In this document: positions 32,812 through 42,686 of the stretch, in pieces | How positions within the stretch are numbered: position 1 is the stretch's first letter | How the letters are laid out: the number at the start of each line of letters is the position of its first letter | Translations under genes and position numbers: made by a program | Notes under the pieces: model-generated | The model's input: the letters and a program-made list of their open reading frames with translations, nothing else | Database searches by the model: none | Told to the model about the DNA's origin: nothing | Assembly (NCBI GenBank): GCA_963663035.1 | Contig: OY760074.1 | Coordinates: 1,664,001 to 1,728,000 of the forward strand | Source: Acidobacteriota bacterium | GTDB taxonomy: Bacteria; Acidobacteriota; UBA6911; RPQK01; JADFOI01 | Direction: 5' to 3' | DNA: 64,000 nt

Positions 32812-33969
32812 TCAATATTTGGGCATCGTCGGATCGACGTCATCAGACCAGGACAAGACGCCCCCTTTCAGATTGCGCAATTTTCGAAAACCCGCCTCGC
32901 GCAGCAGCTCAATTGCCTGGGCACTTCGAGCTCCCGATCGGCAATGGACAACAATGTCACGGGCGCTATCCAGCTCGTGAATCCTGTTGAGCAGCTCATC
33001 CAGCGGAATGAGATGCGATCCATCAATTCGGCAAATTTCAAATTCCACAGGATTGCGCACGTCCAGAATGAAGAGATCCTTTCCCTGATCCAGTTCCTCC
33101 TTGAACTCCTTGGCCGTAATTTCCACAATCCCGGCAGGTGCTTGCTCTTCCTGACCAATGCCACAAAACTCCTCGTAGTCGATGAGTTCCTTGATGCTGG
33201 GATTCTCTCCGCAGACCGGGCACTTTGGGTTCTTGCGCAGCTTCAGCTCGCGGAACTTCATTCCCAGGGCATCAAAGAGAAGCAGGCGGCCGGCCAGGGA
33301 CTCCCCCTTGCCCAGTATTAGTTTAACAACTTCGGTGGCCTGGATGAGACCCACCAGTCCGGGAAGGATCCCTAAAACTCCTCCTTCGGCACAAGACGGC
33401 ACCAATCCCGGAGGAGGCGGCTCTGGGTACAGGCACCGATAGCATGGCCCGTCGGAAGTGGCAAATACGGAAGCCTGTCCTTCGAAACGGAAGATACTTC
33501 CGTAGACATTGGGCTTACCGGTTATCACACAAGCATCATTGACCAGATATCGAGTGGGAAAGTTATCGGTTCCGTCGGCAATAATGTCATAGTTCTCAAA
33601 CAGCTCTAAGGCATTGTCTGAACTCAGCCGTGTCTCGTGTGTCTCAACCTTGACATTCGGATTCAAGGCTTCAAGTTTTTCCCGTGCCGACTCGAGCTTG
33701 GGCCGACCGACGTCATGAGTGGTGTGAAGAATTTGCCGCTGCAGATTACTGAAATCCACCACGTCAAAATCCACAATCCCCAGTCTCCCTACTCCGGCAG
33801 CTGCCAGATAGAAAGCTAAAGGCGAACCCAAACCGCCCGCACCCACACACAGGACACTGCCCTGCTTTAGTTTCTTTTGCCCTCCCATCCCCACCTCCGG
33901 CATGATCAGATGCCGGCTGTAGCGTTTGATTTCTTCGTTAGAGAGCTCTTCTGAGACTGCTACTGTCAT
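32812..33969 (-). CDS. moeB: MoeB/MoeZ adenylyltransferase-rhodanese
   Basis: RYSRHL, GAGGLG, SNLQRQ, CYRC, PSCAEGG, C-terminal rhodanese HCRSGARS. Confidence 0.93.
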   Translation of the reverse strand: MTVAVSEELSNEEIKRYSRHLIMPEVGMGGQKKLKQGSVLCVGAGGLGSPLAFYLAAAGVGRLGIVDFDVVDFSNLQRQILHTTHDVGRPKLESAREKLEALNPNVKVETHETRLSSDNALELFENYDIIADGTDNFPTRYLVNDACVITGKPNVYGSIFRFEGQASVFATSDGPCYRCLYPEPPPPGLVPSCAEGGVLGILPGLVGLIQATEVVKLILGKGESLAGRLLLFDALGMKFRELKLRKNPKCPVCGENPSIKELIDYEEFCGIGQEEQAPAGIVEITAKEFKEELDQGKDLFILDVRNPVEFEICRIDGSHLIPLDELLNRIHELDSARDIVVHCRSGARSAQAIELLREAGFRKLRNLKGGVLSWSDDVDPTMPKY

Positions 33970-34100
33970 GATGGAACTTCCAGCAATTTTCTTCCTGAAG
34001 CTATTATAAGATCCGAGTTGCCAAAGAGCAAGGTCAGAGCGGGAAACCAGATCTCATCATTCACAAGAACTTTGGATGCAACTCTAAGTAAAAAAAGACA

Positions 34101-34934
34101 TTAGACGAAATCTACTACCACCCGGTGAGGGATCAGACCTGCCTCATGGCCCCGGTCCAGGAAGAGCTGGACCGCTTTCCTTCCGTCCTCACCGTAATCC
34201 ACGGTCCTTTCGTTCACATACATGCCCACAAACTCATCTGCCTGTTGAGGATCGAGACCACGCCTGAATTCATGAGCATAAGCCAAAGCCTCCTCCCGAT
34301 GGGAGAGAGCATAGCGAATGCTCTCCTTAATAAACCGAGAGATTCGGTCAATCTTCTCCACTCCCAAATCTCGCCGAATCACATTGCCTCCCAATGGCAG
34401 CGGTAGTTCCGTCGTCTCCATCCACCACTCTCCCAGATCCAGAATCTTGTGCAGACCATCAACTCGATAGGTCAACTGTCCTTCATGAATAATCAGTCCC
34501 GCATCTACTTCTCGGCGCTGAACCGAGGGAATGATCTGATCAAAAGGAATGACCTGGTACTGGAAGTCCGACTGAAACAGTTTGAGTGCCAGAAAAGCGG
34601 ATGTCCGCTGGCCGGGAATTCCGATGAGGCGCTGAGGGAGTTCCTCGGTTGGAAAAGGAAGGCTGCTGACCAAAATCGGCCCATATCCCTCGCCCATACT
34701 GGCTCCGCTGCTCAGTAGCGCATAACGCTCTTGAAGGTAGGCGTAAGCATGAATGCTGACAGCCGTCACCTCATATCGGCCTGCCAGGGCAGCTTCGTTT
34801 AGTGTCTCGATATCCGCCAGCTGGTGAATGAACTCAAACTCTCCTGTCTCTATTTTCCCCTTGCTCAGGGCATAGAACATAAAGGCGTCATCGCTGTCCG
34901 GGCTATGGGCTATGCAAATAGTTTTTTTGGGCAT
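34101..34934 (-). CDS. mqnD: MqnD-like 1,4-dihydroxy-6-naphthoate synthase
   Basis: HSPDSDDAFMF, DIETLN, IHEGQLTY, LPLPLGGN, MYVN. Confidence 0.85.
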   Translation of the reverse strand: MPKKTICIAHSPDSDDAFMFYALSKGKIETGEFEFIHQLADIETLNEAALAGRYEVTAVSIHAYAYLQERYALLSSGASMGEGYGPILVSSLPFPTEELPQRLIGIPGQRTSAFLALKLFQSDFQYQVIPFDQIIPSVQRREVDAGLIIHEGQLTYRVDGLHKILDLGEWWMETTELPLPLGGNVIRRDLGVEKIDRISRFIKESIRYALSHREEALAYAHEFRRGLDPQQADEFVGMYVNERTVDYGEDGRKAVQLFLDRGHEAGLIPHRVVVDFV

Positions 34935-34973
34935 CGTTTCAAATCTGACTCCTCTTTTCCTACAATAGTCATC

Positions 34974-35615
34974 ATGATGAAGAACGACTCCATACTCATC
35001 GAAAGACATGCGGTAGAGCCGTTTTTTAAAAACGGCTACATTGTATCCTGTTCAGAAACTCTTCAGGGAATTTATCTTGATCCTGGAGACGAGGCTCCCC
35101 AGCTGCTGCAGCGGGTGGAGGAGATGAGTGTCCAACTCGTCGCGATCGTCAATACGCATGCCCACATCGATCATATTTCCGGGGTCGGGCTGGTGAAAGG
35201 AAAATGGGATGTTCCGATCTATCTCCATCCTGAAGATGAGACGCTTTACCAAAACTTACCCATCCAGGCTGAAAGATTTGGACTTCAATATCCTCCTGCC
35301 CCCCCCATAGACCACTACCTCGAGGAAGGCCAGGAATTACAGGTCGGTCATTTGGGCCTGAAGGTTTATCACACTCCCGGACACTCCCCCGGAAGCGTTA
35401 GCTTGGAGGTTGAGGAGCATGTCTTCTGTGGAGATGTTATCTTCGCCGGATCCATCGGTCGCACCGACCTCCCCGGGGGCCGCTATGAAACGCTCATGGA
35501 AAGCATCCACAGGAAGGTGCTTCCCCTGGGAGATGAGAAAATTCTTTATCCAGGCCATGGTCCGGAAACCACCATCGGCAAGGAACGAGAAACCAATCCC
35601 TTCCTGGCCACCTAG
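34974..35615 (+). CDS. MBL-fold hydrolase (glyoxalase II-like)
   Basis: THAHIDH, TPGHSPG, GSIGRTDLPGG, PGHGP. Confidence 0.9.
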   Translation: MMKNDSILIERHAVEPFFKNGYIVSCSETLQGIYLDPGDEAPQLLQRVEEMSVQLVAIVNTHAHIDHISGVGLVKGKWDVPIYLHPEDETLYQNLPIQAERFGLQYPPAPPIDHYLEEGQELQVGHLGLKVYHTPGHSPGSVSLEVEEHVFCGDVIFAGSIGRTDLPGGRYETLMESIHRKVLPLGDEKILYPGHGPETTIGKERETNPFLAT

Positions 35616-35926
35616 CCCGGCGGTACTTCCAGTCGGTATCCGATCCCTCGAACGGTGCGGATAAAGTACCCGGCCCGGCCAAGCTTTCGCCGAAGCCGCT
35701 GAATGTGGGTGTCAACAGTGCGTGACGTCCCTCGATAAGTTTCATCCCAGGCCGTTGTCAAAAGCATAGCTCGACTTAGAGTGGTCCCCCCATTTCTCAA
35801 GAAGCAGGCCAACAGATTAAATTCTGTAGTAGTCAGGTTGATCTTCCTTCTCCCGACGAAGGCCTGACAGGTCTCTGTGTGGAGAAAAATGGGAGCTTCC
35901 TTGAGAACTTCTGGTGGCCTAACCAT
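35612..35926 (-). CDS. Stand-alone OmpR-type winged-helix DNA-binding protein
   Basis: LTTTEFNLL, SRTVDTHIQRLRRKL, IRTVRGIGY; no receiver domain. Confidence 0.8.
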   Translation of the reverse strand: MVRPPEVLKEAPIFLHTETCQAFVGRRKINLTTTEFNLLACFLRNGGTTLSRAMLLTTAWDETYRGTSRTVDTHIQRLRRKLGRAGYFIRTVRGIGYRLEVPPG

Positions 35927-36060
35927 CTGCCGGCCCTCCAGAGAACGAACTAGAACTACTCGAGCTTGTGAAGTGGGAAAAAGTGGAACCCAAAATGATC
36001 ATTGTACCCCCCTTAGCCAGCTTGGCCTTTGGAAAACGAAAACCCCCTCTCCGGCCTCAA

Positions 36061-36076
36061 TGCAAATTACATGCCA
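36061..36076 (-). promoter_or_regulatory. Sigma-54 -24/-12 promoter
   Basis: TGGCAT-GTAAT-TTGCA upstream of the wHTH gene. Confidence 0.6.
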
Positions 36077-36538
36077 TCCCTTTTCAGAGCACATGTGGGG
36101 GTAAAAGTTTTCCACAACCTAATATGTTGAAGGCTAGCTGAGGGACCACATCTGCCGCCCGTGGAAGTGCTTCGCAGGCGTAAACGCGTGTTGACACTGT
36201 TTCCCATCGTGTCCTCCTGTAACACAGTCACAGCACAGCATAGCTCATGGATCTGGACAGTGACAACGGAGGTTGACACAGCTTTTCGGAATTCTGCTGC
36301 ACCCAGCATAGTTACTGGACAGGCAGCGGGTTCTGGCCTGTCAACAGGAGTTGACATTGATTTTGGAGAGAGTTCGAGGGCAGTCCCCGTACTCTCAAAC
36401 TCTCTCGAAAAAATGGAAGAATTCAGGAAAGAATTCCCTATTGACTTGTCCCAAAATTCATCCTATGATCGGCATCCCACGGAGGGATGGATCAGTCAGC
36501 GTGAGGCTTCATTTCTTCACACTATTCCTGACGGAAGC

Positions 36539-37408
36539 ATGACGATCAAGCGGACCTTTTCGACTCGTGAAGTGGCTCAAATGTGGAACGTGAGCGAGTC
36601 GACAATCAAACGATGGGCCGACTCCGGTGGGCTTTGCTGCCTCCGAACTCCCGGCGGACATAGAAGATTTCATCTCGAAGACATTTCTGACTTTCAGACG
36701 ACGCGCGGTTTTGAAGCAACGGGTTTTCTGACCACCGAGAAGTGGGAAGAGCCGGAAATCGAGGAGTCGCTGAACCGAAAACAATTCGACAAGGTCTGCC
36801 AGCTGATTTTTTATCTGGCCACTCAAAACCAGCGCAGACGCGTCAAGGACTTACTGGAGCGCCTTTATATTCGAGGCATGGGGATCGTTGAACTCTACGA
36901 CGACGTCCTGCTTCCGGTTGTCCAGAATTCTCACCAGGCATTGGCCACTGGAAATCTGACTTTTGGCCAGGAAAGACTCGTCAGGAACAACCTCGATGAA
37001 GCCATGTCTCTCTTGTTCCCTCAACTCATCTGCCGCCGGAAAAGTGGAAAGACAGGGCTCTGTGCGGCGCCTGATGAATTCTGCAGGATTCACGTGAATG
37101 CCATCTCCCGAATTCTGGAGACCGAAGGTTGGGAGTGCCTGAATCTGGGCGGTAACATTCCTTTTGAAGCAATGGCGGAAATGGTGGAGCAGGAACCGGT
37201 GAATCTGGTCTGTGTCGTGTCCTCGAATCCACAGCGGCCCCTGGAAAAGAGTTTTGAGGTTCTTTCCGAGGCGGCCAACAACTACCGAATTCCCATCGTC
37301 TTGACGGGTCCTGGCTTCGCCGAGCCCGAGATTCGCCTGCAGTTTCCCCACGAAGAATATTCTCCAGACTTCCGCTCTTTCCAAGGCTACGTCGCTCGCC
37401 TTAGTTAA
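36539..37408 (+). CDS. MerR/excisionase HTH plus B12-binding-like domain regulator (CarH/LitR-like)
   Basis: STREVA..VSESTIKRWAD..RTPGGHRRF; helical bundle and Rossmann GWECLNLG.NIP. Confidence 0.8.
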   Translation: MTIKRTFSTREVAQMWNVSESTIKRWADSGGLCCLRTPGGHRRFHLEDISDFQTTRGFEATGFLTTEKWEEPEIEESLNRKQFDKVCQLIFYLATQNQRRRVKDLLERLYIRGMGIVELYDDVLLPVVQNSHQALATGNLTFGQERLVRNNLDEAMSLLFPQLICRRKSGKTGLCAAPDEFCRIHVNAISRILETEGWECLNLGGNIPFEAMAEMVEQEPVNLVCVVSSNPQRPLEKSFEVLSEAANNYRIPIVLTGPGFAEPEIRLQFPHEEYSPDFRSFQGYVARLS

Positions 37409-37410
37409 GC

Positions 37411-38328
37411 CTAACCCCTGAAAAGATTCTTGAGAAGGAAGAGAAGATTGGCCGGACGTTCGGCCAGACGCCGCAAAAAGTAAGGCGCCCACTGAGTCCC
37501 GAAGGGTATATAGACTCGCATCTTGCACCCTTGCTGGGCAAGCTGCTTCTCATATTCACGCCCAATCCCATAGATCCTCTGATGCTCAAACTGGTCAGGC
37601 GGGACACCCTGCTGGGCAGCGAAGCGAAGGCCATGCTCGATCATCTCACGGTGGTGGGTGGCGATGGCCGTATAGGACGGGGAGAGCAGGAGCATCTCCA
37701 TGAGTTTGACGAAGTTTCGATCCACGTCCCTCTTTTTGGGAAAAGCAATATCAGAGGGTTCCATATAGGCTCCCTTACACAATCGGATATTACATTGGAG
37801 TGCACTGAGCTTGCGCACATCTTCTTCGCTGCGATACAGGTAGGCTTGGATAACCGTGCCCACATGATTGCTGTAAAGGGCAAAGTGCTCTTGAAACAGA
37901 TGGATGGTGTCCTGGGTGTAACGAGAACCCTCCATATCAATTCGTACAAAATTGTTGAGTTCATGAGCCCTCTGGAGAATAGTCTTCAAATGCCCCGCAC
38001 AGACTTCCCTACTGATCCCCAGGCCCAATTGAGTAAGCTTGATGGAAATGTTTGACTGCACCTGACTGGTGTGGACGCCTTGGAGCAGAGCAAGGTAAGA
38101 GGAAGTTGCACGTTCTGCTTCTCTCTCGTTACCAACCTCCTCTCCCAGCAGATTGAGAGTGGCCAGTATTCCCCGGCTGTTCAGCGCCTGGACTACGCTC
38201 ATGGCCTCATCCATGCTTTCCCCTGCCACAAAACGCCTGGCCAGACCCGAACGCTTCCCCACGCGGGCAATGAAGTGCATCAAAGTCTCGCTTTTGGCAA
38301 TCTTGAGAATCAGGGCCCGAAACAACAT
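37411..38328 (-). CDS. Monofunctional proline dehydrogenase
   Basis: RFVAGE, SIKLTQLG, RIDME, RLCKGAY, RVYIPFG, RRLAERPAN. Confidence 0.92.
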   Translation of the reverse strand: MLFRALILKIAKSETLMHFIARVGKRSGLARRFVAGESMDEAMSVVQALNSRGILATLNLLGEEVGNEREAERATSSYLALLQGVHTSQVQSNISIKLTQLGLGISREVCAGHLKTILQRAHELNNFVRIDMEGSRYTQDTIHLFQEHFALYSNHVGTVIQAYLYRSEEDVRKLSALQCNIRLCKGAYMEPSDIAFPKKRDVDRNFVKLMEMLLLSPSYTAIATHHREMIEHGLRFAAQQGVPPDQFEHQRIYGIGREYEKQLAQQGCKMRVYIPFGTQWAPYFLRRLAERPANLLFLLKNLFRG

Positions 38329-38339
38329 GGCGAAAAAAA

Positions 38340-38662
38340 GGAGTCAGGAGGTAGGAGACAGGAGGCAGGAGTCGGAAGAAAGAAGACAGGAGTTAAAATT
38401 TTCTAAAAAATCCCTATAGATCCAGGTGATCCATGATTCTATCTCCTACCTCCTGTCTCCTATCTCCTGCCTCCTGACTCCTACCTCCTACCTCCTGCCT
38501 CCTGTCTCCTACCTCCTGTCTCCTATCTCCTGCCTCCTGACTCCTACCTCCTACCTCCTGCCTCCTGTCTCCTACCTCCTGCCTCCTGTCTCCTCCTGTC
38601 TCCTACCTCCTGCCTCCTGACTCCTATCTCCTGCCTCCTGACTCCTATCTCCTGCCTCCTAT
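38340..38662. repeat. Heptamer tandem repeat array (CTCCT(G/A)N-type) with an inverted block
   Basis: About 30 degenerate CTCCTGC/CTCCTAC/CTCCTGT units at 38439-38662; complementary GGAG(G/A/T)CA units at 38340-38395. Confidence 0.9.
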
Positions 38663-38665
38663 TTG

Positions 38666-39655
38666 TCAACGCAGTGCTCTCACTAATTTCTGGTACAGAT
38701 CAACTGCCTCGAGAAGCTCCTTCTTGGAGATTTTTTCATCCGCCGTGTGGGCCTCCCAGATCGAGCCCGGTCCAAACAGAAGCGGCTTTCCCAGCGTCCG
38801 TAGGACAGGAATATCCGTTCCATAACCAACCCCCTTGGTGGGAAAACCCTCCACGGTTACCATCTCTTGAGGTTCACTGGTTTTTAACACCTCCAGCTGA
38901 GCCCTGTTGCCGACTGCCTCATTCAGGAGCCTCAGGTAGAGTTTGCTGTCAGAAACCGTCCGGATGAGAATCTCGGCTTCTGCATAATCTGGTACCACAT
39001 TGGCGGCACTGCCGCCCTTAATCTTTCCAACATTGAGATGGCTTCGTCCCAGGCGGGTGTGGGAGGGAAAAGCGATCTCATTGAAACTGTTCAAGACAGC
39101 GATGAGCTTCTCTATGGCCGAGTCTCCCCTTTCCGGATAAGCGGAGTGGGCCGCCACACCCTCTACACACACCCGAGCAGAGACAATCCCTTTGTGGCAA
39201 ATGACCAGTTCATTGTCGGTGGGTTCCCCATTGATAAAAAAGGAGCAATCCAGATCCAACTCCCGCGCCTTGGCAGCGCCGATGCTGTCGGTCTCCTCTC
39301 CAACCACAAAGAGCAACCCGAGATCGGAGAAGCCCTCCTGGAGCAAGGCCTCCGCGGCACAGATCATAGCCGCAGCTATCCCCTTTGCGTCACAGGCGCC
39401 CCGACCGTACACAAACTCCTTCGCATCCCGGGAAGGGAAAAAAGGAGGTACGGTGTCCATGTGGGTGGTGAGGAGGATCGACGCTTGGCCCCGGGTGGCC
39501 AGAACGTTAAACCGATCAGAGGTCACTTCTTGCTTGAGACAGTCCCAACCTTGTGTTTCCAAAAGATCGTAGAGGAATTCTCCAACCTCTTTCTCCTCTC
39601 CAGTAACAGAGGGAACATCCACGAGTTGTCGAGTGAGGTCAATCACGTTGAGCAT
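38666..39655 (-). CDS. M20 family peptidase/deacylase (ArgE/DapE-like)
   Basis: THMDTVPP, GRGACDAKG, GEE, GEPT, AHTADE. Confidence 0.88.
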   Translation of the reverse strand: MLNVIDLTRQLVDVPSVTGEEKEVGEFLYDLLETQGWDCLKQEVTSDRFNVLATRGQASILLTTHMDTVPPFFPSRDAKEFVYGRGACDAKGIAAAMICAAEALLQEGFSDLGLLFVVGEETDSIGAAKARELDLDCSFFINGEPTDNELVICHKGIVSARVCVEGVAAHSAYPERGDSAIEKLIAVLNSFNEIAFPSHTRLGRSHLNVGKIKGGSAANVVPDYAEAEILIRTVSDSKLYLRLLNEAVGNRAQLEVLKTSEPQEMVTVEGFPTKGVGYGTDIPVLRTLGKPLLFGPGSIWEAHTADEKISKKELLEAVDLYQKLVRALR

Positions 39656-39668
39656 GGCGATCCAGGTG

Positions 39669-40037
39669 TCAGCTTTTCTCGTGCTTCGCCCGTACAATTG
39701 TCTTGATTCCGCCACGCCTATTGAAGTCGCCAATGACTTCGCAGCGAATCGGATCACAGGCGCTGACGATATCATCCAAAATGGCGTTGGTCACATGCTC
39801 GTGAAAGATTCCTTGATCACGGTAGGAATGCATATAAAGTTTCAAGGACTTCAACTCGATGATCTTCTGATCAGGGACATATTTGATATGGATGGTCCCA
39901 AAATCAGGTTGTCCGGTTCTGGGACAAACTGCGGTGAATTCCGGGCATTCGATATCGATATCATACTCCCGACCCGCATACTGATTGGGGACAGTCTCTA
40001 ATTTGGAGGACACTTTCTGGGCTCTTGTGATCGTCAA
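39669..40037 (-). CDS. queF: PreQ1 synthase (7-cyano-7-deazaguanine reductase)
   Basis: EFTAVCPRTGQPDF, ELKSLKLY, FHE, RGGI. Confidence 0.95.
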   Translation of the reverse strand: MTITRAQKVSSKLETVPNQYAGREYDIDIECPEFTAVCPRTGQPDFGTIHIKYVPDQKIIELKSLKLYMHSYRDQGIFHEHVTNAILDDIVSACDPIRCEVIGDFNRRGGIKTIVRAKHEKS

Positions 40038-40498
40038 TTCACGGAGTGCAGCACACCCCTCATTGTCATGTAGTGTCCGAGGTAAGTGCAGATGTAGGAG
40101 TAGTCTCCCGGTGGCGGAACCGTGAACACCACCTCTGCTCGCTCGCCTGCAGCGACCATGGCAGTGTAGGCCAGAATGACGTCGCTCTCGGGAATGAAGT
40201 CTTGATCCCTGGGAGCGTTGATTGCTGCAATTCCAACTTCTCCAATTGTAGTCTCGTCCTCAGGCCCCACATTCAAGAGCACCACATTGTGACGCATCGC
40301 CGGGTTGGTAGCCGTATTGTCAAACACCAGCTTGAGACGGGAGCCCGCCGTGGCCGTAATCTCCTCGAGGTCGAAGACGGCCATGTTGCCCACCGGCTTG
40401 ATGATCACCTCTTGCGGCTCCGACTGCGCCTGAATTCCGTAACCTCCGACCAAAACAAAAAAGCAAAGCACTAGAACAGCTGCATACCTATTTTTCAT
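40034..40498 (-). CDS. Azurin/plastocyanin-type blue copper protein
   Basis: Signal peptide; HNVV; CTYLGHYMTM type-1 copper ligands. Confidence 0.88.
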   Translation of the reverse strand: MKNRYAAVLVLCFFVLVGGYGIQAQSEPQEVIIKPVGNMAVFDLEEITATAGSRLKLVFDNTATNPAMRHNVVLLNVGPEDETTIGEVGIAAINAPRDQDFIPESDVILAYTAMVAAGERAEVVFTVPPPGDYSYICTYLGHYMTMRGVLHSVN

Positions 40499-40577
40499 GA
40501 GTCCTCCCTCGAAATTATTTTCCAAAAAAGCATATCATATCTTCCTCTTTCCACTTGAACTCCCTTGCTTCCGACGG

Positions 40578-42309
40578 CTAGGGTGTCGCCGTGTAAAGAT
40601 AGCGCTTGATCTTTCGGGTGGTGGTCTTTTCAAATTCTTCCTTCCGAAGAATAAACTTCTTCACCCGCTTGTAGCGGGCCAGATTCCGGCACTGCTCCTT
40701 GACTGCTTCAGCAATCACCTCACGCATCTTTGCCTCGTCATATTGATTGAGACCAAGTTCCTCGTCGAAAGTTTCAGCGCAAGGAACAACAATGGCTTGC
40801 ACCTCTACTTGGGATGGATCCTCATCCGGACCACCCCACACCAGGGACTCCAGGACGTACCGGCTTTGATCGAGGAGAGCCTCAACCTCCTCAGGATAGA
40901 CGTTTTTCCCGTTGGGAGTGACAATCACCGACTTCCTCCGACCGTTGATATAGAGAAAGCCATCTGGATCCAGGTACCCCAAGTCCCCGCTATGCAGCCA
41001 TCCTTCCTTCAAGGTTCCTCGTGTAGCAGTTTCATTTAAGTAGTATCCGGCCATCACCGACGGCCCGCGCACCAGGATCTCCTCACCGACAATCTTCACC
41101 TCGACCCCAGGAACAGGCAATCCAACAGAGTCATCCTTTAAACAATTCACTCGGTTCACGGAGATAATGGGAGATGCCTCACTCATCCCATACCCTTGAA
41201 TGAAATCAAATCCGAGTTCGCGGAAGCCTTTGGCCACTTGAGGATTCACTGCAGCCCCACCTGAGATCAACAACTGCAGGCGCCCGCCGAATTGATCATG
41301 GATGGGCTTGAAGAGCCTTCGGCGAACGTTCAACCGCAAGAGCCGCTCACAAAGGGAAGCGATTCCCAGGGCCAGCCGAAACTTGGACTGTCCCTTCTGC
41401 TTGATTCCGCTTTCAATACGCCGGTAAAAGGTTTCAAAAAGGATGGGCACACCCAACATGACCGTGGCACCTGTTTCCCTTAAGTTCTCGGGTATGCGGC
41501 GGAGGTTCTCAGCATGACAGACGGTGCACCCCTGATAAAGTGCCAGCAGGAAACCGCCCATGGCTTCGTAGGTGTGATGCAGCGGCAAAACCGAAAAGCA
41601 ACACGCCATCCTGAATCGACACGTACTGAGACGTAGCCATGACGTTGGAAGCGATGTTTCCGTGGGTCAGCATGACACCCTTGGAATTTCCTGTCGTTCC
41701 GGAAGTGAAGATGATGACCGCCTGATCGTCTGCACTGAGCTCCCTGTCTTGAAGAGAGGGACTCCCACCCGAGTCTGCCTCCTGGCCCTTTCGCAACGCT
41801 TCAGGGAAGGACAGATCGGCTCCTTCTTTCTCCTCTTCCATGGAAATGAGCAATTCCAGGGAGGGAATGCCACTTCGACTCCCCTTGAGCTGATCGACGT
41901 ATTTCTGTGAGCAAATCAAGACTCTGGGTTTGGAAAAGTTCAGGATGTGGCTAATCTCGGGGACGGTGAGATCCCGGTCAATCGGCACCGCCACCAAACC
42001 CGCTGTGACTGCTGCCAGGTAGGTCACAGCCCATTCAGTCCGATTTTCCGACAGCAGCGCCACACGATCTCCTTTTCGCAAACCGAATTCCGAGAAAGCC
42101 GTGGCCAGTTCCCTGACTCGCTCGCCCAGCTGGCTGTAAGTGAGAGAGGTATAAGTCCCGTGTTTCTTACTTCGCAGGGCCACCTGACTGCTATACCGAT
42201 CCGCCACCTGAATCAAGAAATCCCGCAAGTCCTTTATCGGGTAAACGGAATGAAGAGGCGGCTTTTTCACGGTGGGAAAATTGTATCGGAAAGCAGCCCG
42301 GATCGCCAT
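40578..42309 (-). pseudogene. Long-chain acyl-CoA synthetase with a single frameshift at about 41597
   Basis: FTSGTTGNSKG in 41509-42309; SVLPLHHTYE, QGYG, SGDLG in 40578-41609; extra T in a T4 run. Confidence 0.85.
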
Positions 42310-42355
42310 CGAACGGCGCGGAGAACGAAGAGTTTGCCCTTCCTGGACCCCCGCC

Positions 42356-42664
42356 CTAGCCTCTTACGGCATCCAGACTAAGGACGGCCTCTTCTCCCAC
42401 CACCTGAGCACTGTGGACGGCATTGGCTGGAACCTCGATCGAATCTCCAGCGCGCAGCAGAAACTCTTCTCCCTCAAGGGTGATCAAGAACTCCCCTTCC
42501 AAGACGGAGTCTTTTTTGTCCATCGAATGGGTGTGATCAGGAAAAACCGTCCCCATGGAGTAGGAGTAACAAGCGACCGTAGAGTAACCTTCCGCCATGA
42601 GTTTACGGCGCATGTTTTCTTCATTCAGAGGTCCCCATTTTGATTGGTCCCAGGGTTCAATCAT
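42356..42664 (-). CDS. Cupin domain protein
   Basis: FPDHTH..K..VLEG..GD...VPANAVHSA. Confidence 0.85.
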   Translation of the reverse strand: MIEPWDQSKWGPLNEENMRRKLMAEGYSTVACYSYSMGTVFPDHTHSMDKKDSVLEGEFLITLEGEEFLLRAGDSIEVPANAVHSAQVVGEEAVLSLDAVRG

Positions 42665-42686
42665 TATTAGCGCCCAGTGGTCGCTC

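Noticed and set aside
36108-36117. oriC from a DnaA-box-like TTTTCCACA
   Set aside because: Single imperfect box, with no cluster and no dnaA/dnaN context
38426-38620. 64-aa repetitive ORF
   Set aside because: By-product of the heptamer array
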